Assembly (NCBI RefSeq): GCF_963921235.1
Contig: NC_086097.1
Location: 113,710,001 to 113,774,000, forward strand
DNA: 64,000 bases
DNA from: Mobula hypostoma
Taxonomy: Eukaryota
Reading direction: 5' to 3'
Below are positions 39,429 through 52,569 of the stretch, piece by piece. The first letter of the stretch is position 1. Every line of letters begins with the position of its first letter. Both the position numbers and the translations under genes were made by a program. Under the pieces are notes generated by a model. It was not told the origin of the DNA, made no database searches, and was given only the letters and a program-made list of their open reading frames with translations.

Positions 39429-40748
39429 CGTCACAATGTGGTGCTGGAAATGGACCCAAATGCAAGATACAGACACTGAAGTACAAGGAACAGGACTTGA
39501 CTAGAGTAGGGACGTGACAGGATACAGACAAGGAGCAGGAACAAGAACGCAGACTTGGGCTTGGACCCTGAGACAGAGACTAGACAAGGACCCAGAACCT
39601 GGGTCTTGCCTCGGGCTTGGGTCCTAGAACCAGGCAAGGATATGACATGACTACAGGACAGGCGGCTGGGGTCTTGGATCTCGAGCTTGGACACAGGCTG
39701 GGGTCTTGGATCTCGAGCTTGGACACAGGCTGGAGTCTTGGATCTCGAGCTTGGACACAGGCTGGGGTCTTGGATCTCAAGCTTGGACACAGGCTGGGGT
39801 CTTGGATCTCGAGCTTGGAGACAGGCTGCGGTCTTGGATCTCAAGCTTGGAGACAGGCTGCGGTCTTGGATCTCGAGCTTGGAGACAGGCTGCGGTCTTG
39901 GATCTCGAGCTTGGAGACAGGCTGGGGTCTTGGATTTCGAGCTTGGAGACAGGCTGGGGTCTTGGATCTTGAATGTGGAGGCTGATAACGAGGAGGCTGG
40001 AGCTCAGAGACAGACTGGGAACTGAACATCAACATAGAGCCGAGACTTATCCTTCGAAAAGCCAGGACTCATCGTTAACGCGACACCAACATGAGGCAGG
40101 GCAGTACATAGACGACAAGCCAGGACTCAACTTCTTCTCCACACCAAGGTGGGACAGGACCATCCATCAGGTAACGGCAGAACAGCCAGACCTACCCCAC
40201 GGAGGTGAGCTGAAGACAAATCCCCCCACAGGGCAACAGCAGAACAGCCTGACTTACCACACGGAGGTGAGGACAAGAAGAGACAAACACCGAAGAATGA
40301 TGGACAGTTCCATCTCTGCATCGAGGTTGCTCCGAGTCTCAGTTCGGCCAGCAACCTCAGCTGGCTGCAGAAATAGCCGGATCCCTAACTAGCTCGAAGT
40401 GGCTGACAGCCACTCAGCTAGCCCAGGAAACAGCCGAATCCATACCGCAAAGACATCTCCAAATACTGATAGCAAGGCTTCATGAAGGGATGGTTCCCCA
40501 ATGCGGCCTAAAGATGGCAAGTGGCCGCTCTAGCCTTCCACTGGCAGGTCGCTCCCAGGGGATCTTGACAAGACAAACCAGCAGCTCACACTCAACCCCA
40601 AGGCTACTTGTATTCCAAGCCCCAAGATGGGAATCAGGTGCCTATGATTAACTCAACCAAAACAAGGGACAGCTGGAAGACTCAGAGCCCTGAGTCCATG
40701 GACTGGACTGTGTACTGGAATGCTGTTTTCACAGACCAGGCCATGACA
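39429..40748 (-). mobile_element. Solo LTR, 1320 bp
   Basis: Ends (C/T)GTCA...TGACA. Perfect 5-bp TSD TCATG at 39424-39428 and 40749-40753. Confidence 0.88.
39664..39972 (+). repeat. 32-bp minisatellite, ~9.6 copies, inside the LTR
   Basis: Unit ggctggggtcttggatctcgagcttggacaca repeated head-to-tail with no spacers. Confidence 0.95.
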
Positions 40749-41299
40749 TCATGGTCTTCTCTACTACCACATAACGGCTGTTCTCTGGCTGGAGGAGAAA
40801 CACATCATATTCTGTCTGGGTAGCTTCTAATCTGATGGCATGAACATTGATTTCTCCATCTTCCAGTAATGTTTCCCCCCACCCCCCATCCATTCTCCGA
40901 TCTTCAATTCTCCACTCTGGCCCTCCTCTTACCTCTTCTCTTCACTTCATCTGCCTATCACCTCCTAGTGCCCCTCCTCCTTCTCTTCTTCCTATGGTGC
41001 ACTCTCCCATCAGATTCCTTCTTTTCCAGCCCTTGACCTTTTCCACCTATCACCTCCTAGCTTCTTACTTCATCCTGGCTTCACCTATCACACTCTAGTC
41101 TGTACTCCTTCCCCTCCCCCCCCCACCCACTACCTTCTTATTCTGGTTTCTCCCCTTTTGTTTTCAGTTCTAAAGAAGAACCTTGGACCAAAATGTTGAC
41201 TCTTTATTCATTACCATAGATGCTATCTGACCTTTTGAGTTCCTTTAGCATTTTGTGTGTGTTGCTCTGGGTTTCCAGCATCTACAGAATATCTTGTGA

Positions 41300-42815
41300 T
41301 TGTGACCACAATCCTATTACTTTTAAAACAGTTATTGATAAGGGTAGACTTGATTCACAGATTAAAGTCCTGAAATGGACTAGGGCCAAATTTGATAGCA
41401 TTAGGCAGGATCTAGTTTGGGTTGGCTGGATGACTCTATTTAAATGAAAAAGGACAGTAGGTAAGTGGTCTTTTCAAGAGTCCAAGGGCAGTATTTTCTG
41501 GTTAGGTTGAAGGGTAGACATACCAAGTTCAGGGAACCTTGGCTGACGAGAGATATTGAGGCTCTGGTAAGGAAAATAATGGAAGTGTATATCATGTTTA
41601 GACAACTGGATATAAATGAATCCCTCTGAACATAAGTTTAAGACCAGGTGTAAGAAAAGAGGGCAAAATGAGGGCATTAGATGGATTTAGCAGGCAATAT
41701 TAAAGATATTCCCAAGAGGTTCTTCAGGAAAGAAATTGTGGAAGTCTTTGTAGAGATATTTATTTCATAGTATACACTACTGGTGATACACCAGAAGACT
41801 GGAGGATGGCTAATGTTGTTCTGTTATTCGAGAAATGTAACAAAGACAGGCCAAGGAACTACAGGCCATAGAAATTGACATCAATTGTAGGGAAGTTATT
41901 GGAGGAAATTCTGAAGGACAAGATCTACTATCGTTTTGTTTGTTAAGACCCGATCAGGAATAGTTAGCATTGTTTTGTGCGTGGAAGGTCATGTCTGATG
42001 AATTTTTTTTTTGAGTTTTTCAAAGAGGTAACTAAAGGGATAGGTGAAGATAGGATAGTGGATGTTGTCTATAAGGATTTGACAAGTTCCTGCATGGCAA
42101 GCTGACCTGGAAGGTTAGGTCACATGGGATTGAGAGGAGCGAGTGAGGTTGGATTCAGAATTGGCTCAATAATAGGAAGTAGAGCATGATGGTTGAAGGT
42201 CGATTCTCTGACTGGGTGCACTAGGGGTCAGCGTTGAGACCATGGTTACTCATTGTTTATGTAAGTCATTTGAATTTATATGGCATAATTCGCAAGTTTT
42301 TTGACAATACTAAATTAGAGGTTATTGTTGATAGTGAAGCAGGTTACAATGAACGGTAAAGAGATCTTGATCAGTTAAAGGGGTGGGCTGACAAATGGCA
42401 AGTATTTTAACTTGACTGAGTTGCTGAAACCCTGGAGAATGAGGGGAGATCCTATGGAGGTATACAAATTATGAAAGGAATAGTTAGGGTGACCGTATCT
42501 AGGCATTCTCCCTTCAGGTTGGGTGATACTAGAACCAGAGCTCATATGTTTAGGGTGAAAGATGAAATATTTAAGGGGAATCTGAAGGGAATTACTTCTT
42601 TCAGAGGATGGCGCAAGTGTGAAACGAGCTGCCAGAAGTGGTAGATGCGGGTTCAATTCTAACATTTAGGAGAAGTTTGGATAAGTACATGGATGGGAGG
42701 GGTTTGGAGGGATATGGTCTCGGTGCAGGTAGATGGGACGAGGTAGAAGATCAGGTCAGCATAGACTGGATGGGCTGAAGGTTCAGTTGCTGTACTGTAG
42801 TACTCTGACTCTGTG
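41300..42815 (+). mobile_element. Old CR1 LINE, internally deleted
   Basis: Degenerate ORF2 (gaagactggaggatggctaatgttgttctgttatt; RT motifs) and a CR1 3' end. Confidence 0.8.
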
Positions 42816-43221
42816 TGTCATAGCTTGCGGGAGAACTTTGGGCTTCTGGGTTTCTCAAATACCTACATTTACTAATTATTACAGCGATTAAGTCCAGGTG
42901 CTTTCTGTCAAGTTAATTGCAAATGGCATGTGCTTATGCATTCTATGATTATTTAAAGGAGACTCTTGGTGGGCTCTGTCAGCAATTTGTCTCACAGTAT
43001 TGCTCTGTTATGCCTCCAATGCTCAGTTATTATTCCTACGTCTAACCTCTTGTTTCCGTCCCATCATGGGGAGTCTGCTCCTGGGTCGAGTTGTTGTCAG
43101 CGCTTACCGCGGCTGAGGCTGCCATATGCCACACCTGTGTTGATCTGTGCCAGTGACTACCATGACAGTGTGTGCTGTTCCTCTGCACTTGGGTCCCCGC
43201 CTGTGAGTGTACACTATGATT
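42816..43221 (+). mobile_element. Probable old solo LTR
   Basis: Imperfect inverted ends TGTCATAG...CTATGATT and subterminal gcacttgggtcc. No clear TSD. Confidence 0.5.
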
Positions 43222-43945
43222 CTAATTGTGGGGTGATGCATTTTGTCAGTCAAACCAGTGTAGGTCTTGTACAATAAATGGCAAGTCACTGAGCAGTGTT
43301 TTGGAACAGAGGGACCTGGGAGTACAAGCTGAAAGCAACTGTGCAGGTAGATTGGGGGGCGAAGAAGGAATTCAGCATGTCGGTTTTCATCAGTCAAGAC
43401 ATCAAGTTCAAAAGTATAGACATTATGTTGCAGTTATACAAGTGAGACCACACTTGGAGTATTGTCTAGCTTTGGTTACTCTGGTCTGGGGAACTCATTG
43501 TCAAACTAGAGAGGATGAAAAAGATTTACAAGGATTTTACTTGGACTAGAGGATTGTGGCCCAGGGGAGGATGGCCACACTGGACCTTTATTCCCTGGAG
43601 CACTGTAGGATGAGGGGTGACCTCACAGAAGGTTTATAAAATCCTGAGGGTGTGGCTAGGTGGACAATCATAGACTTTCCCCCAGGGATGTGGCATCCAA
43701 AACTAGAGGGCACGAGTACAATATAAGAGAGGAGAGATTTAAGAGACCAGAGACACAAGGTAGTGATGAGCTGCTAGAGCAAGTGGGCAAGGGACATACG
43801 ACTACCACATTTAAAAGGAATCTGGATCGGTACATGGAAAGGAAGGCTTGGAGGGTTGTGGTCTAAATACGAGCAACTGGCACTAGCAGGGGGATCTGTG
43901 GTCAGTATTGATCAGTTGGGCCAAAGGGCCTGTGTCTGTGATGTA
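43222..43945 (+). mobile_element. Old CR1 3' part
   Basis: Remnants EQRDLGVQ and VRPHLEYC. Confidence 0.75.
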
Positions 43946-44446
43946 TTACTTAATAATTCTAATTTCTCTTCATTGCTTATCGCACTTAGAAATACTAATC
44001 TGCTATTCCCTTTTTTAATTTTAACTATTATGTGCTCTGTTCTCTTTAACTTGATTATTATGAATACAACTTAAAGAATCTGATCATCCGAAGGAGTCTG
44101 TTTCTACCAGCCCTAGGTGATCAGTCCTGCCTGAAAGTTTTCAACCACACCTTTGGAATGCAAAATCACACCTGTGGCAATGAGATGGTTGTAGACCAGT
44201 ACCAGTTCCTAATCTTTGACTGTACAAACTTCATTTTAATCTTGTTTGCCATGAACCTGTGAAATTGCTTCTCCTCATTCCGGTGTGAGTGAATTAGTTC
44301 AGTGTTCTCTCATGCGAATTTTATCCTTTTTGACGTTGGAACATTGTCATGCATAGATGCATTGATACAAAAACTGTGATTTTTGGCATTCTGAAAGACT
44401 AATAAATGGGATTCACTTCAGTAATTCATTGGGCAGTAAAGTTTAA

Positions 44447-46060
44447 GACCATAAGAAATAGGAACTGAATTAGAAGCAACACACATAAAAAACGCTGGTG
44501 AACGCAGCAGGCCAGGCAGCATCTATAGGAAGAGGTACAGTTGACATTTCGGGCCGAGACCCTTCATCAGGACTAACTGAAAGAAGAGATAGTAAGAGAT
44601 TTGAGAGGGGGAGGGGGAGATCTGAAATGACAGGAGAAGACAGGAGGGGGAGGGGTGGAGCTAAGAGCTGGAAAGTTGATTGGCAAAAGGGATATGAGAG
44701 GATCATGGGATGCCCAGGGAGAAAGAAAGGGGGAGGGGGGAAGCCCAGAGGATGAGCAAGGAGTATAGTGAGAGGGATAGAGGGAGAAAAAGGGGAGAGA
44801 GAGAGAGAAAAAGTAAATAAATAACGGATGGGGTACGAAGGGCAGGTGGGGCATTAAGGTAAGTTAGAGAAGTCAATGTTCATGCCATCAGGTTGGAGGC
44901 TACCCAGATGGCATATAAGGTGTTGTTCCTCCAACCTGAGTGTGGCTTCATCTTGACAGTAGAGGAGGCCATGGATAGACATATCAGAATGGGAATGGGA
45001 CGTGGAATTAAAATGTGTGGCCACTGGGAGATCCTGCTTTCTCTGGCAGACAGCCATTTGGCCCATCGAGTCTGCTTTGCTATTTCACCATGGCTGATCC
45101 ATTTTTCCTCTCAGCCCCCATCTCCCTGGATCCTTTCATGCTCTGACTAATCAAGAATCTATCAACCGCTGCCTTAAACATACCTAATGACTTGGCTTAC
45201 ACAGCTGCCTGTGGCAACAAATTCCACAGATTCACCATTCTCTAGCTAAATAAATCCCTCCCCATTTCCTTGTAAGGGGATGCCCCTCTATTCTGAGGCT
45301 GAATGCTGTGGGCTTTGGCTCAACTACCACAGGAAACATCCTTGCCATGTCCACTCTGTCAAAGCTTTCAACATTGGATAGGTTTCAATGAGGTCAGCCC
45401 TCATTCTTCTGAATTCAGCGAGCAGAGACCCAAAGCCATCAAACGCTCATTTGACAAGCCTTTCAATCTTGGAATCATTTTTGTGACCCTCCTTTGAACC
45501 TTCTCCAGCATTAGCACATCTTTTCTAAGATAAGGGCCCCAAAACTGCTCACCACTCACCAAGTGAGGCCTCACCAGTGCTTTATAAAGTCTCAACGTTA
45601 CATCCTTGCTTTTATATTCTAAACCACTCAAAATGAACGTCAACATCGCATTTGTCTTCCTCATCACTGACTCAACCTGCAAATTACCTTTAGGGAATCC
45701 TGCACAAGTACTCCCAAGTCTCTTTGCACCTCAGATTTTTGAATGTTTTCACCATTTAGAAAATAGTCTACACTTTTATTCCTTCTACCAAAGTACATGA
45801 CCATACACTTCCCAACACTATATTCCATCTGCCACTTCTTTGCCCATTCTCCTAATCTGTCCAAGTCCATCTGTAGCCTCTCTACTTCCTCAAAACTAAT
45901 TGCCCTTTCACCTATCTTCATATCATCTGCAAACTTGGCCAGAAAGCCTTTAATTCCAACATCCAAATCATTGATATATAACGTAAAAAGAAGAGGTTCC
46001 AACGCAGACCCCTGTGGAACACCACTAGTCACTGGCAGTCAGCCAGAAAAGGTTCCTTTT
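44447..46060 (-). mobile_element. CR1 LINE with a Penelope fragment (44475-45050) nested in its 3' tail
   Basis: RT motifs SGVPQGSAL and KFADDMKIG. The nested PLE encodes DLPVATHFNSTSHSHSDMSIHG. Confidence 0.85.
44538..44575 (-). ncRNA. Minimal hammerhead ribozyme motif
   Basis: UAGUC-CUGAUGA-A-GGGUCUCGGCCC-GAAAU-GUC-AACUG. Core intact, with substitutions in stems I and III. Confidence 0.6.
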
Positions 46061-46552
46061 CAAAGGCCTTTGGCAATGAATCCAAACTTGCTGGAATTAT
46101 GCTTGGCAATTATCTGCTCCTTTACAAGTTTTCTGGGGATAAGTTCACTCAGGGACTTGAGCTATATTAATATTTTTGTTACTGTATGTTTTTCTGCTGT
46201 CATGATTACAGTATATCTGCTATATGAGGTGCGTGCTGGGTGTGAGTGTTGGTTCTGTGTTTTGCACCTTGGCCCTAGGGAACCACTGTTTCTTTTGGCT
46301 GTATTCATGTGTATGGTTGAATGACAAACTTCAGCTTGAACAAGAAGTCAGAATGAAATGAACACGTTTTACTCTTTTTATTTCCTTTGGTTGGTGCTAA
46401 TCTGTTGTGTTTGTGCCTCTGCATAATAGTTCTTAATATTTCCTTCAGCTCACAGCCTGTTTAAAAATTAATTTAAAAGCCCCTTGGTTCTTCACATCCT
46501 GTAGTGATATGAAGCTTAGTTTTATGTGACGACCACAAAACTGTATATGGTA

Positions 46553-46800
46553 GTGGCACGGTAGTGTAGTGATTAGTGTAACAGTATTACAGTGCCAGTG
46601 ATCCAGGTTCAATTCCCATTGCTGACTGCAAAGAGTTTGAACGTTCTCCCCATGACCGCACAGATTTCCACCGGGTTCTCCAGTTTCCTCCCACAGTCCA
46701 CAGACATGCGAGTTAGTAGGTTAATTAGTCACATGGGTGTAATTGGGTGGTGCAGGCTTGTTGAGACAGAGGGGCCTGTTACCATGCTGTATCTCTAAAT
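46553..46800 (+). mobile_element. tRNA-derived V-SINE-like element
   Basis: gtggcacggtagtgtagtg..ggttcaattccc head and a ccgggttctccagtttcctcccaca core. Confidence 0.75.
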
Positions 46801-46837
46801 TAAAATTAGATTAAATTAAAACCTTCCCCTTTAATGA

Positions 46838-47265
46838 CGCACACAAAATGCTGGAGGGACTCAGCAGCATCAATGGAGAGGAAGAAACAGTCAATGCTTC
46901 AGGCTGAGACAGTTCGTCAGGACTGGAAAGGAAGGGGGGAAGAAGCTAGAATAAGAAGGTAGGGTAAAGGTTGGAGTACAGACTGGATGGTGATAAGTGA
47001 AACCAGGTGAGGGGGTAGATAGGTGGGTGGGGTGCAGGTTGAAGTAAGAAGCTGGGAGATAAGTGAAAAAGATAAAGGGCTGAAGAAAAAGGAATCTGAT
47101 AGGAGATGAGAGTGTACTATGGGATGAAGAGAAGGCAGAGGAGTCAGGGGGATGATAGGCAGATGAGAAGAAAAGGGGTAAGAGGGAAACCAGAATGGGG
47201 AAAGAAAAAGGAGAGAAGGGGAAGGGGGAAGAGATTACCCAACGTTGGAGAAATCGGTGTCCATG
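46838..47265 (-). mobile_element. Penelope-like 3' fragment
   Basis: Shared terminus with a degenerate hammerhead (GAAG in place of GAAA). Confidence 0.75.
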
Positions 47266-47309
47266 CCCCAAATTCCAGTAGTTTCTCCTTCAATGTTACC
47301 CGTCCTTGT

Positions 47310-48140
47310 TGATGTCTGTCTGTTGTTCAGGAAGTCATGGATCCAACTATCGAGCAAACTCGTTACCAAGCTCCAGACCCTTGGATTTAGAATTAATTAT
47401 AGTATTGAACGTAGAACTGTAGTCAATAAACAATGATAGTCTGACATTGGTGTTTTTACTGTCCAGATGCTCCAGAGATGAGTTCAGGGCCGGTGAGATG
47501 GTATTTGCCGTGGACCTGTTTTGGTGGGATGTAAATTGCAGTGGGTCAACGTTGTCTGGAAGGCTGGCCTTAATGTGTGCCATGACCATTCTCTTTTTTA
47601 AACATGCTATTTTGTTTTTCTTAGGACCAGGATGATAGCTGTCTTAAAGCAGGTAGGGATCACATAATGGAGCAGGGTGAGGCTAAAAATGTCTGCAGAT
47701 ACCTCTGACAGCTGATCTGCACAAGATCTAAGGACACAGCTGGTGACCCATCCATGCTAGTTGCTTTCTATGGATTCACCGTCTGGAAATTGATCTCATG
47801 CCTGCAATGGTGACTGTGGGTTTAGGTGCACTGTAGACTGTTGAGCTGGGTAGTGACATACCCATTTCCTTTGTTCAAAATGTGCATAGAGTGCATCAAG
47901 CTCATCAGGGAGGGCTGTTCTGCTGACAGCAATGCTGTCTGACTTAATTTTATGGCCTATTATAGCATGCAAACCTGGCCAAAACTGTCCGCTGGTTTGG
48001 GACTTGATTTTGGACAAAGCTCCTATCTCCATTTCTTGAAAAGGTTAAGGTCAACTGATTTGAATGCTGCAGACCTAGAATTCAGTAGGGAGTGAATCTC
48101 CTGGTTCAGCCACAGCTTCTGGTTTAGGAATACCCAGAAG
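47310..48140 (-). mobile_element. Rex1/Babar-like LINE internal fragment
   Basis: Encodes [27 protein letters not shown]. Confidence 0.8.
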
Positions 48141-50619
48141 TATTCCTAGGAATACCCAGAAGTTATACCCAGATATAACAATGTTAAATATTGCAAGGTA
48201 CTTGGTATTATATCCTCACAACTGAAATTTCAGTGTTTTATAATATTTCCGCTTGTCCTGTGCTACAACAATTGAAAGTCCTCACCATGCTATTTATAAG
48301 AACATTATGTCCCTATACCAAACTGCTTCTGTTAAGCTCGTCACCCTAACTGGGGCATAGGCCGCCAACAGAAGCTCACCAGGGTCCTCTGCCCTGGGCC
48401 ACACTTTCAGTCTTTCATGATATATCCCATCGAAGATCCTTTCTCTCCCAGGGATGAGTCTTTGGAGTTTTTATTGGTGTGTTGGTAGCAATGAGTTTTT
48501 ACAGGAGGGGGTTGCTAGCCCCATGCCAAACACTCCTCCTTTCACAGCCAGGCTTAGGACTGTCTATGGAGGAGTTGTACCAGACTGGTTACAGAGTGCA
48601 TTATACCATCAACAGTATCTTCAGTTTGTCTATTAAAGATCAGAAAAGAAAAATGGTCGTTTTCCTACAATAACCAGGACACATTTAAATCAACTATTAT
48701 TGTGGAATTAGGACAACAATGTGTTCTAAGAGATACATTTATTCAGTCTTACAGCATATTAAATCCTACAGATCTCTCAAATGCCAAATGTTAAAAAGTC
48801 TTGTAACACTTCCATTCATAAGTTTTTCTTTTAAAAGATTTCATATTAATAAAAAGAGAAAATCTTGAAAATAAACACAGCAGATCATACACATTCTTTA
48901 GGTAGAGAAGCCATCAGTATCTTGGTCTGCAATTGTTCAGCAGAAACAAAGTCAGATTCAAATTTATTATTGCTGACAGACAATATGTGGGATTTATTGT
49001 TTTGTAGCAATAGCACAGTGCAAAGACATACAATTACAATAAATTACAAAAAAAAACTAAATTGTGCAAAAAGGAATAATGAGGTAGTGTGCATGGGTTC
49101 ATGGACCATTCAGAAATCTGATAATGGGAAAAAATTGATTTGAATCACTGAATGTGGAGCTTCAGTCTCCTGTACCTTCTCCCTGATGGTAATGAGAAGA
49201 AGACATTGTGAATGGCGACGGTCCTTGCAGATGGATACCACCTTCTTGAGAAACTACTCTTTGATTCAAGATGAGTGTTTCATCACCAAAAACTGAGGAG
49301 TTTTTTTCTGCCTCTTCCTCTCAGCTGTTGTTTAATCTTTCAAAGTCTCTGCCTCAGAAAACTGTATACAGAGTTACTAAGCATATTCAAAGCTCAGACT
49401 TCAGCTAAAACGAATTCATCAAAATCAGGGAGGAAGACACAGAGTGGATTAGCCATGATGTTATTCAAAGGTTGAGCAGGCCCGCTCAAGGGCTTTGTTC
49501 AGAATTGTTTGTGGTCTTGAAAACAATCTGATCTATGAAGTGCTCGAAGAGATGAGAATGGTGATCAGATCGGCAGCAGAATGAGATGGCAATGTTTTAG
49601 ATGGAGGGAGCAGCTGCAAGCTGTCAGATCAGTGGTGCAGAGCCCAGATCTTTGATGGCTGGTTTGGGGAAGCAGCAATCATCCTTGGGGGACAGTAGTC
49701 TGGATATTTAGGCTGGGGTAGCGGTAGGTTTTGTGGGCTGATGGGTGAAGAGTAAAGCCTGTGACTTTGAGAATTGGTTTGGGGAGATCAGGTTGTTCTG
49801 TGAGTGCATTTCTGCAAGGACACCTGGGACAAAGGAGCCCTAGTTCTGCTGTAATGTTCCAAAATAAATGCCTTATGGAATGGCATCATTCTGTTAATCC
49901 TTGGCTCAGAAATTCTGAGTGCAAGTGTGAGTCATACCTGAAAGTGCCTGGTCAAATTTGCAGTGTGACAGAAAATAGTCAGTATAACATTTCACTCTGG
50001 GGGTGGGGTGGGGGGAGAAACAGTTTTATTTGCATAATACTGAAGTGTGGGAACAAGTATGAAGACCATTTAATGTAATGGCTCACTAAATCACCTGAAA
50101 CCTAGTTACTTCCTTTATGTAAATCATTATTATATGATATTTAATCTCTTCCAAATCAGAGGACACTGATATACTTATCATAGTTCATCTATTACTGCTC
50201 ATAAAAAAATTCTGTGCAATTTGTTTGTTGGTAAATTTTCTTTAAGATTTAGGGAAGAGTACTAAATCTAGAAAATAGAACATAGATTATGGAACATTAC
50301 AGCACAGTAATGTGTATTCAGGGTGGGGCAGGATGATATGCTGAGATTTTAACATGTTCTAAAATCAATCTAACCCTTTCCTTCTACATAACCCTCCATT
50401 TCCTATCATCCATGTGCCTGTCTAAGAGTTTCTTAAATATCCCTAATGTATCTGCCTCTACCACCATGCCTGGCAAGGTATTAACACAATAACCATTGTG
50501 TAAAAAGAAAGAAAATCCTACTCTGACATCCTCCCCCACCCACCACCAAACTTCCCTCCAATCACCCTAGAATCAATTAGTTGACCTCACTTTTAATCTG
50601 AAGAGAAAACAATAAAGGA

Positions 50620-51260
50620 GGGAGGAGAAGATGGCGGCGTGATGCAGCGCACGCGGCCGTTCCGAATGATATCGTAATGTGTTAACTAGGGGCTGTGCAC
50701 AATCCTGATTTGATGGAGACAGACGTGAGAAGCATGGAGGAACACCTGGAGAAACTTCTGAAATACCTGCTTCGCTGCTGCTGCTGCTGTGCGATTGAGA
50801 ATCTCCGGAGGGGAAGGCCCCAAATCCTCAGCTTTGCCTATCGCCTGTTGCCGGGGCCGGGCTCGAAGCGCTCGGTAGAGATGGTGCTCGGTGCTTGGTG
50901 TCGGAGAGCTGGTCGGAGGCTCAGAGTTTTCAGACGGACTCAGAGTCGGACTGTGGTCGGATGCTTCCAGGATGCTGCATCGGCAAGTTTGCGGCGCTGG
51001 AGGTTCACCGTCTGTGTGAGATGATGGGAATTTTGGGAGACTTTGAGACTTTTTACCGTGCCATGGTCTGTTCTTAATCAAATTACGGTATTGCTTTGCA
51101 CTGTTGTAACTGTATGTTATAATTATGTGGTTTTGTCAGTTTTTCAGTCGGTTTCTCGTGTTTATGTGATATCATTCTGGAGAAACATTGTATCATTTCT
51201 TAATTCATGCATTACTAAATAACAATAAAAGACTACCGCGTGTCCTCATAATCTAAATCT
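50620..51260 (+). mobile_element. CpG-rich non-coding retroposon, probably non-autonomous and LINE-dependent
   Basis: Begins with AAGATGGCGGC (YY1-like motif, 50628-50638). Ends with AATAAA and a short (aatct) repeat tail. No credible ORF. Confidence 0.55.
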
Positions 51261-51283
51261 GTTCTAAGTGCATAACCTAAATC

Positions 51284-51410
51284 ACAAACAAGAGAAAATC
51301 TGCAGATGCCGGAAATCCAAGCAACGCACACAAAATGCTGGAGGAATTCAGCAAGCCAGGCAGCATCTATGGAAAAAAACTACAGTCAAACTTTGGGTGG
51401 AGACCCTTCG
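51284..51410 (-). mobile_element. Short Penelope terminal insertion
   Basis: Shared terminus. TSD gcataa(c/t)ctaa at 51270-51280 and 51411-51421. Confidence 0.75.
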
Positions 51411-51421
51411 GCATAATCTAA

Positions 51422-52410
51422 GGCTACGTCCACACTACGCCAGATAATTTTGAAAACAAAGCTTTTTCTCTTCGTTCTGACCTTCTGTACACACTGAAAC
51501 AGCATTTTCAGCCCCCGAAAACGGAGATTTTCAGAAACAGTCTCCAGAGTGAATAAATCTGAAAACGCCTAATATCCGTTGCAGTGTGTACAGGGTAACC
51601 AGAGCTTTTTAAAACCGCCGTCGTGACGTGCCAGAATAGATGGTGACAGCACGGCATTTCACTGTTTTCTTCTTCTTATTCTTATTATTATTACTACTTT
51701 ATTGTCGCCAAAGAATTAATACTAGAGCGTACAATCATCACAACGATATTTGATTCTGCGCTTCGCAGAACCTAACAATTTCAGAACAGACAGCAACAAG
51801 ACTGAAGCCAGAAGAGTTAGAAATGTACTCACCAAATACTTTGACCCACAGCTTACTGAATAAATAAGTATACTCACTTTGTCCTGTTGTCTGTCCTTGC
51901 TTGTATCAAGGTGCTTTACCTATTTATGCAAGTACTTCTCTGACAATAGATGTGTAATAGCCTAATGTAACATTGTATGGAAATACAAGATAACACTGAT
52001 GTAGACATGTTTTATACATTTAACAAGGTGCTTTATTAATGCAACAGAGTTGGTCAGTTTTTCAATGTTCGTCGTCAGCCGGGTCATACTGTCCGTGAAC
52101 TCCCTGTCGTTTGCCTCCATACGCTCCAGTATTTGTGTTTTTTTAGTTTTAACTCCTCCTGCGTGAGAACCAAGAGCAATTCCTTTTAAGTTTTTCTACT
52201 CTGTATCTAGACAAACACGCACCAAGTATATCGTTTCCTCTTCGCTTGTTTTCTGTAGATGTGTCCTGCGCGTGCCCAGTAGGAGGAGATTCGCCCAAAT
52301 AGCCATCTAATGTGGACAGAGATATTTTGAAAAATGCTTAGTGTGGACGCCTATCGTTTTTACTCGAAACTGACATTTTCAAAATTATCCAGAGTAGTGT
52401 GGACGTAGCC
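51422..52410. mobile_element. PIF/Harbinger-type non-autonomous DNA transposon
   Basis: TIRs GGCTACGTCCACACTAC..GATAATTTTGAAAA. 3-bp flanks TAA/TCA. A nested ~95-bp LINE tail at ~51670-51765 matches 38065-38135. Confidence 0.85.
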
Positions 52411-52569
52411 TCAATCTTTGGATTATTTGTGAGTCTAATATCGTGATAGAAAGTAGTCATTTGGACAGTGAGAATGAGGGATAGAATTTAATTTGCTCCT
52501 GATGATGTGAGTTAGCTATGATAGTTTCACGATTGTGATATGTTGCAGTCAGTTTTCTCTGTTCATTCA

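Larger units (their letters stand above)
38330..41300 (+). mobile_element. Decayed Penelope-like element interrupted by a solo LTR
   Basis: RT (FDDCIGAASCTHTEL..FYKPT..YLDYSSSH), GIY-YIG remnant and the shared terminus at ~41160-41300. Confidence 0.85.

Noticed and set aside
39664..39972. CRISPR-like array of 32-bp repeats
   Set aside because: The units are contiguous with no unique spacers, there are no cas genes, and the context is a eukaryotic LTR.
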